DNA from: Callorhinchus milii
Taxonomy: Eukaryota
Direction: 5' to 3'
Length of the DNA: 64,000 bases
NCBI RefSeq assembly: GCF_018977255.1
Contig: NW_024704757.1
Span: 16,554,001 to 16,618,000 of the forward strand
Below the pieces are notes generated by a model, which searched no databases, had not been told where the DNA came from, and saw only the letters and a list, made by a program, of their open reading frames with translations. Shown piece by piece: positions 56,901 through 64,000 of the stretch. Position numbers and translations under genes: made by a program. Positions within the stretch are counted from its first letter, which is position 1; the number at the start of each line of letters is the position of its first letter.

Positions 56901-59900
56901 CTTTCAACTAGGGAAGTTGTCTTGCCCTTCTAAATGGATCTATTGTGTTTTGTAAACCCTGTAATTATATGGATTCTCTTCCCTTCGCCTGACAGATCAA
57001 AGATGTTTAAGATTAACATAAAATGTGTTAAGTATAACAAATCCATTTTGTCTTAACAAAGAACATACCTTTTTCAAGAATTACAGGATTAATGAGATGT
57101 TTGAACTTTTTTGACTACACCATAACACATTTAATATTAGCAAGTTTCCTCACAAGTGTGGCCTTGCAGGGTTAAAGGGAATGCAAGGGAGTATAATTCC
57201 TGATTGTAACCAATCATTATTTTAGTGTAATCCATTTACAGAAGCTACATTGGTGATGGGAAAACTTGAACGTTTGTCTGGCCTCATGGCACTTTAAAGC
57301 AGAAAACTAACTTAGTTACCCTTGGGCTCCTAAGTACTCAAATGTGAATTATAACTGCAGTACCTCAAGTTAACAGTCAGATCAGTTTTATTTTGTATCT
57401 ATGTTTGCATTTGCACAATACAGTTACGAAAAAGGCCAGTATTTCCAATTTCCACAACTAAGTTGAAAGAAATCAGATGCAGGGGGAGAGGGGTGATGGG
57501 CAAACACTTTTCTTTAAGTCTTTTTCTTGGGCTCACAGATCGTGTTTGGTACATCTGGAACGAAATTACAGTCTATAGAAATATAAAAGGCGGTAGGAGC
57601 ATTTGGGACTTTATACAGTTGTACACTCCTTTTTTACTTCTGGGGGAAAAGAGGTTCAGTGTTCTGTAGGGGATAGAGGTCCTGATTTAGGAGTTTTGGA
57701 AAGGATGCATTTGGTTAATCTGTTGGTCATTTGCACGTTATCTTGCTGAATGATAGATTTTGAGGGACAAGTCAGAATGCTCAATTCTAATTAATTACTG
57801 ATGCAAATCAAGCAAACTGACGAGATAGAAAACGAATGTTTGCAAGGCATCGCTGAAAGGAATTACCAATCTTTTTCTCAAAACTCCCAACAGAAAAGCA
57901 TAACCTGTGAATATATGTTAAAGACAATTTAACCGTTTAGGAATTGGATTGAAAAAGAACCAACATTACCTGATCTGTGGTGCTTGCTACCAGATTTTCC
58001 TCTGTTGCAATAGAAAACAAACTTGCAGAGTGAATTTGTTCAATTTTCACAATTTAATTGTATTTATTTCGAGAGAGGTCTTTGCTGTGATGGTGCTACT
58101 TGTACTAGAGTTTAGTTTGAGAATGGCAAGGGGCATTTGTCTACAATTAGTCTGCTATAAATTCGCAGAATGTTTACTTGACAATAAATGCTGTAGGCTC
58201 CTCACACGTGTTCCTTCACAACAATGCTGTTGGGAATAACACTTGTTTATGGCGTCCTATTTTATGAGCTTTACCAAATAACCACTCTTTCCATTGTTTC
58301 CAGGTAAGAGGGTGGTGGGCTGTACTACAATACCATTGTGATTAGTTTTCTGCAGAATTAGTTCATGCATAATAACCTATTTCAAGCAAAAAATAGTAAA
58401 AAGAAACATCACACAGCAGAACTGTAGACTGCCCAATTCTATTTATTTTTGTAATACATTTCTGTACTATTTTCAACAATTAGTTTTACAATTCTGACCC
58501 CCTTTTGCAAATATTCATTGGTAGCTCTTAACTTGAATATAAACTGTTTGACTAAAGTTCTCCCCTCCTACTGTCCTGCTGAAGTCCAGGTCACTGGTTT
58601 CATTTGGTACTTTGCTCAAGTGACATTATTTACCTGTGAGCTTTGAGAATGATTGCCAGCAGGCTATTCAGCCACAAGGTGGAAGCAGCACACAACCACG
58701 ATCTTTCCTGAACAGCAAGGATTCCTGGCAGTGATCAGGACTATGGCTATTTATGCTCCAAATAAATAGCCACATTTGAAATGGATTGCTCCCCAAAAAT
58801 GTTTGCATCAATACTGCCTAATAGTAAAAAAATAGGTCCTGTTGGTTGCATTTGTCCCTTTCACTAAATGGCCTGGTGTACGAATTCTGCCGTGGATCTT
58901 TGTCAACTTACGATCTGCATGTAAGAATAGGTTAAAACCTAAATTTGTAAATGATTGTAACAATAGGAAAGGTTTTGTGGTTTCCACTGGATTTGGATAC
59001 TGTTTCTTCAACAAAATTATGCCACAAAGTGAGTAAAGTGGAGAACAGGAGAAATAACTCACAAATTTAGTTCAGATTTCAAGAAATGCATTGCAAAATA
59101 AAATGTGACAACCTATAGATATTTCCACACATTAAAGCTGATGCATCACAACAGTCTACTTTTTTAAAACAAAATGTTTTTATTCCTTCAGCCTTCTTGC
59201 CTTCCCAAACTGCCCAGCATCTCAGCCAAGAACAGACCAAACAGGCTGGAAATGTGACTGGTGGTTTAATTATTGGCTATTTGAGCTGATAGCCACTGGG
59301 TTTCATGGAAGCATTAGTGTCGATTGATCATTGGTTTAAAGGTAGCTTTAACCCTTGCATTTGTCAGTAAAAATATAGTGATATTGCAAAATCAATGTGT
59401 CACTTTACCGGTGTAGGATTGGGAAAAATGACTGCAAAATTCTAGGGCTAATAGATATAGAATGTGTACAGAAAACATTTTTTGAAATATATATGTGTGT
59501 GTGTACGTGTATATATACAGTAGCTGCACTTATCACACTTAACACATTACCCCAGAGTTCTGTAATAGCGCCTGACCCCAGTCTATTGCGATGGCAAGGG
59601 TGCTGCAATAAACAGTCATAGTCATAGAAGGTGCATCATTATCATCATCTGTCCCCATTTCACTTTTGTACTGTTTGTGCTAATTTTCATCATGCTTTCT
59701 TGTCTTGTATATATACTGTACTTATCTTTATCATCCACTGTGCACCTGTAGAACCTTTCCTATTGAATACAAGGTTCTTTTCTGACCATCTTGTAAGCTT
59801 TTCTTAAACTTTTTTTGTGTGTATCATTAACCTCTGAGGTGAAAATGTTCAAAGTTGCTGTCCAGCCTTGACATGCACTCTTGACTTCTACATAAGAGAT

Positions 59901-60260
59901 TTGTCCTCCCCACCAACCCCCCCACACCCCTGAAATGAACGTCTATTTTTTTGCAAATTAAATTGTTTTAAACATATTTATTAACTAGTAACAAATAATT
60001 TTGAGGAAAATTTTTAGGCTTTTTTTCTGCCTTTTTCAGTGTTGCTGCTAAAGTCTTTTTACCCATTTTAGCACCAATTTTGTTAACCATGTACAAAATC
60101 TTTGTGTTAACTGTGAATCGAGGTATTTTTAATTATTGATGGTATTGAATGAGGTATGGACTGAATTGGATGGTTGGTGATTGAGCAGAATGTTGGCCAC
60201 AAGAGGTCTGATTCATTTTTGTTATATATGCAATAAAATTCAAACTTTAAATATCTGCAC
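53968..60260 (+). other. smurf1: Probable long smurf1 3' UTR
   Basis: About 6.3 kb with no recognisable SINE copy; AATAAA at 54885, 56384, 58183, 58761, 59097, 59607 and 60232; SINEs resume at about 60318. The actual 3' end is not determinable from sequence. Confidence 0.5.
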
Positions 60261-60707
60261 TGTTTCCAATTAATGGATTTTATTCTCGATACAAATACAA
60301 TTCCTAAGCCAATTACTTATAATAATAATAATCCTTGATATTGCACCTTATCACATCGTTGAGACATCTCAAAGTGCTTCACAGAATATATTGTAAAGTG
60401 GATTTATTGTGTGTTTTGTGGGTGAAATACGGCAGCCAACTGCACACAGAGTTTCCCACAAACAGTCCACTTGATGCCTAGATATTTTATTTCAGTAATT
60501 AAACAGGAAGACTGTTACAAATCTGAGTGGATTTTTTGGGACGCTGCAATGATGCCATGACCCGCCTTTTACATGAGAGTCTTCTGTTTTCTGCTCAACA
60601 TTTTAAAGGAATTGGACTGTTAAAGGATTATTAACACATTACCCCAGAGTTTTGTAATAGCGCCTGACCCCAGTCTATCGCGATAGCAAGGGTGCTGCAA
60701 TAAACAG
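59539..60707 (+). repeat. 77-bp direct repeat (59539-59615 and 60631-60707)
   Basis: 74/77 identical by eye; each copy contains AATAAA. Confidence 0.9.
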
Positions 60708-60909
60708 ATTCCTACCTCTGGAGTTGAAATGAGGTTAGTACAGTGAATGTGTAGAATGTAATGCTGTTCGAAAAAAATGTAGGTTTGACGCATCAAATAA
60801 CCTTTATCCATTCATGTAATGTTACCTGTACTCAACTATTTGAGTTTAAACTATAATTATGATTTGCATTGGCTGGTGTAAAGTACAGTACACTTCCTCC
60901 AATCTACAT

Positions 60910-61554
60910 ACTGCAAACTGGCCCAACAGGTGCCAGCCGGCCGCAACCTATCCAGCGTATGATTTTTTTTCCCTGACCCACAAACCGTTTCCCACTTCAC
61001 TATTTTAGCTCCTCAGCGGCTCCATGAAGCAGTGTGGAGAGTGACAGAAAGATACCTCCCACCCCGTCACATATGGCTTTGTCTCGAGCCTAGAGTTTGC
61101 GATTCTAAAATTACAGAACTATGAGCCTCAGTAGGAAACAATGTAGATATGGAAAATAGAGGATTTCAGTGTAAGTGGGATGTGGATTACTTGTTTATTG
61201 AAAGTATTGGAAGACCCCGTGTCTTGTTTGCAAGTCATATCTGAAGTTCAGAGTTAATTTTGCAATGATGGATTAATCTGTTTGGGTTATGTTGAGTATT
61301 CTCTCTAGGGGTCTCCATATGCTGAGTTGATATCTTGTGTTTGGACTTTAGTTGCATTAAAAAAAATTGATGCATAGATTTCCATTTGAGATTATCATTA
61401 TTAAGTAACACAGTCACACAATTTAAAACGCAGGATTTCTGTATGATTCTTTTATGTTTCTGGAAGGGAAAAACAAAAATATTGCTTATGCCGCCCGCGT
61501 ACGTTTCTCAAATGTGGCATCTGACCCTTGACCCCAAAAGGTTGGACCACCCTG
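60910..61554. mobile_element. Degenerate hAT/Charlie-like non-autonomous element
   Basis: Left caaactggccc...gccggccgc and right gaccccaaaaggttggaccaccctg resemble Charlie/MER20-type ends. Confidence 0.4.
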
Positions 61555-62539
61555 ATATATTGCATTGTGAACGCCAAAGAAGGATATTGCACCAACTCTC
61601 CACTAATTATGGTACCTCTCTCATTCAAAATAGCTTCCATTATTAAACCAGAAAGGCTCATCTTTGCAGAGTCAAATGAAGCTGAGAGACAGTCAATTCA
61701 TGTAGAAGTGATTACCTCTTTAAAGGTGTATTAATTGTGGTTCTCCACTGACTTATGCACAAGACAGAGATGTTGAAAGTTGTTGCAAACCTGCTGATTA
61801 CTGATTTTTTAAATATAAATACTTGAAAGATTAACTTTCCCAACAGTCTGTTTTTCCTACCATCTAATTTCACTGAGATCCAGTCTCCATTATCAATTAC
61901 TGCATTAAATTTTTAAAAATCTTGCTATCAAACCACTCAACTGAAAATAATCTGCATGGTTCAAGATCTATATAATAGCAACAGCAGGTTTTTGAAGAGA
62001 GAAAACGTAATTAAATGATAATAGTGGCACCTGTTTTGAGAATGGCAGCTGTGGTTTTAATGAATTGGTGATGATGTTAACAATCGGCCATGATTTAAGA
62101 TAGAAAACCCAGCACCAACAATCAATTTATCCTGGGGGATAGTTAACAATTGCTGAATAATAAATCAAACTCATTTAAGAAGGTCAAACATGCTGGAAAT
62201 GTGCAGCAAGTCGATCCGCAGGAGGATCAACTGACTATTTGAGGATGACATTTACAACATAAGAGAACCGATCAGTTGGGTTCTTCAGGTTTTTTAACAA
62301 TTACTTGTGTACTCCCTCAGGGCAGAAATCTTGTCCATTTCATTAAAGTACACAAAGGTGGAGTTATTGGTTGCCTTCTCTGGGCGTTTCCTTGTTTACT
62401 ATTCTCTAAAGGTGTTTGTGTTTTAATAGATATCAAAGAGTAATTATACAAGAGGCACCAATGAAATGGATGTCCCAAGATGTGATTGTAACTTATTTTT
62501 CACCGCTTTTTGAGGGGGCGCGGGTGGGATCGCAGTAAT

Positions 62540-63417
62540 CTAAAGAAAAATTCTCCAGTACTGAAGTGCAACCAACATGCTTTGAGTTTTGAGATATTTG
62601 AGTTCAAGCCCCTCCATGTTAGCCCTGGAGCTCATGATCTCTTGGTGACACTCCAGTGCTTTGCTGGGGGAACGCTGTATTGTTGGAAATGCCATTCTTC
62701 ACATGAGAGAAACTGAAGTCGCTTTCAGGTGGTGTTAAACATCCCATGGCACTATTTCAAAAGAGAAGTTCCCCCCCCACCACCCCCCACAAAGAACTCC
62801 GCAGTATATTTTTGTGAAGCACTTTGGGACATTTCAGCACCCTGGCACATCCTCCTGACATGAAAGGGGCTATACAAATGTAATTTGTTGTTGTTATCCT
62901 CTTGACATGAAAGGAGCTATACCAAATGTAAGGATTATTGTTAATATTATCATACTTTACCCTTATCTGAATCCCCACAAAAATAAATTTAGTCACTCAA
63001 TCCACAACTGTTTGTGGGACATTGTTGTGGGCAATTGGCTGCTGTGGGTCACCCACAAAAAATACACCGTCAATCAATTCACTTTACAGGATATTCTGTG
63101 AAGCGCTTTGAAATGTCTCAAAGACATAAGGCGCTGTATCAAAGGATTATTTTTTATTATTATTCCTGCTATGTCACAATGAAAAAGGATATAGCACAGA
63201 ATATACTGTAAAGCGTAGTGACTGTATATTTTGTGGGCGAAACCCAACAGCCAATTGCGCACTGCAGTGTCCCACAAACAGTCGTGGATTGAGTGACCAC
63301 ATTATTATTGTTTTTTTGTTTTTTTCTTGATGGATTATTATCAGGCATGTGGAGTAAGGAAACCTGCCCAAGGTTTTGCCCTGTCAGGAATCAAACCCAG
63401 GTCTCTCGCTTGCAAGA
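62540..63417. mobile_element. SINE cluster: Deu-domain remnant, tails, a plus copy (about 62970-63163) and a minus copy (about 63190-63417)
   Basis: tcaggtggtgttaaacatcccatggcactatttc Deu-like motif; SINE body present on both strands. Confidence 0.8.
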
Positions 63418-64000
63418 GCCTCTGATAGACATTAGCATGCAACATTCAAGTGACAGTGAGCCTCTTAGTGAGAGTTTAACATAACATTCAAAACTTCCCT
63501 TTAAAATTCTTATAAAGTCTGAACGCGTTGAAAAAAGCAGAGCCCAGATTTCTTCTTTGTTGTTTTAAAAATGCTTCCAAATCAGGACTAAAGTTTCCAC
63601 ATTTCCACACATTCTTAAATTTGAATGCAAAATGTTTTTTTTTACCATTTAGGCCTGATGAAATTAAGGCTCTCCCAGTGAAGTAATGTGAATCTGGAAT
63701 CTTTCCCACTCTTACTTTCAATCTGCCACTCACTCTCTCTGTCTCTAGTCTCGCTATCTGAAAGCCTCTTTGAGTACTTTTGCTACTTTTAGGACAATTT
63801 CATTAGTTTTCATTATTTTCATTTGATTAGCTTGTTTGTAGCAGAATTCATCTAATTTGGAATGCATAACTGTCACAGCTTGGAGGGCAGAGTTCTAACT
63901 TTCAGAAATATTTTCAAAGACCTTTTCCTTACAAATTTGCTGTCTCCATTATAAATTTGCCATAATCTTCTCTGTTCCCAACTCTTCCATCCATCCTCCC

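Noticed and set aside
60260-64000. Terminal exon of a convergent TRRAP gene expected from human synteny
   Set aside because: No recognisable PIKK/FATC coding sequence on the minus strand within the window.

Overview
This is vertebrate genomic DNA, not microbial. The repeat content (tRNA-Ala SINE with (TTA)n L2-type tails, L2, shark-type CR1 and Penelope ends) suggests a cartilaginous fish, probably a chimaera; that is inference. Two intact multi-exon genes lie in tandem on the + strand, and I spliced both by hand with all-GT-AG introns and a continuous reading frame. One is importin subunit alpha-8 (kpna7; 10 coding exons, 9612-16788, 515 aa). The other is the HECT E3 ligase smurf1 (18 coding exons, 21668-53967, 735 aa, 21-kb first intron, probably a 3' UTR of about 6 kb). 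At the left edge a minus-strand TATA/Inr/short exon 1 may belong to a divergent muscle gene (MYH16 by synteny; unproven). Almost all ORF-track entries are spurious or repeat-derived. I found no wholly new multi-gene system. The most interesting signals are: a SMURF1 that keeps the LPEG stub of the lost WW1 domain; three in-frame tandem acceptors next to the HECT catalytic Cys; a SINE-LINE pair sharing a 3' stem-loop; a Penelope-derived perfect hairpin with a 13-bp TSD; a Helentron/HINE-like element; and a duplicated 77-bp poly(A)-signal cassette. Comparisons with other species and repeat consensuses are from memory and were not computed.
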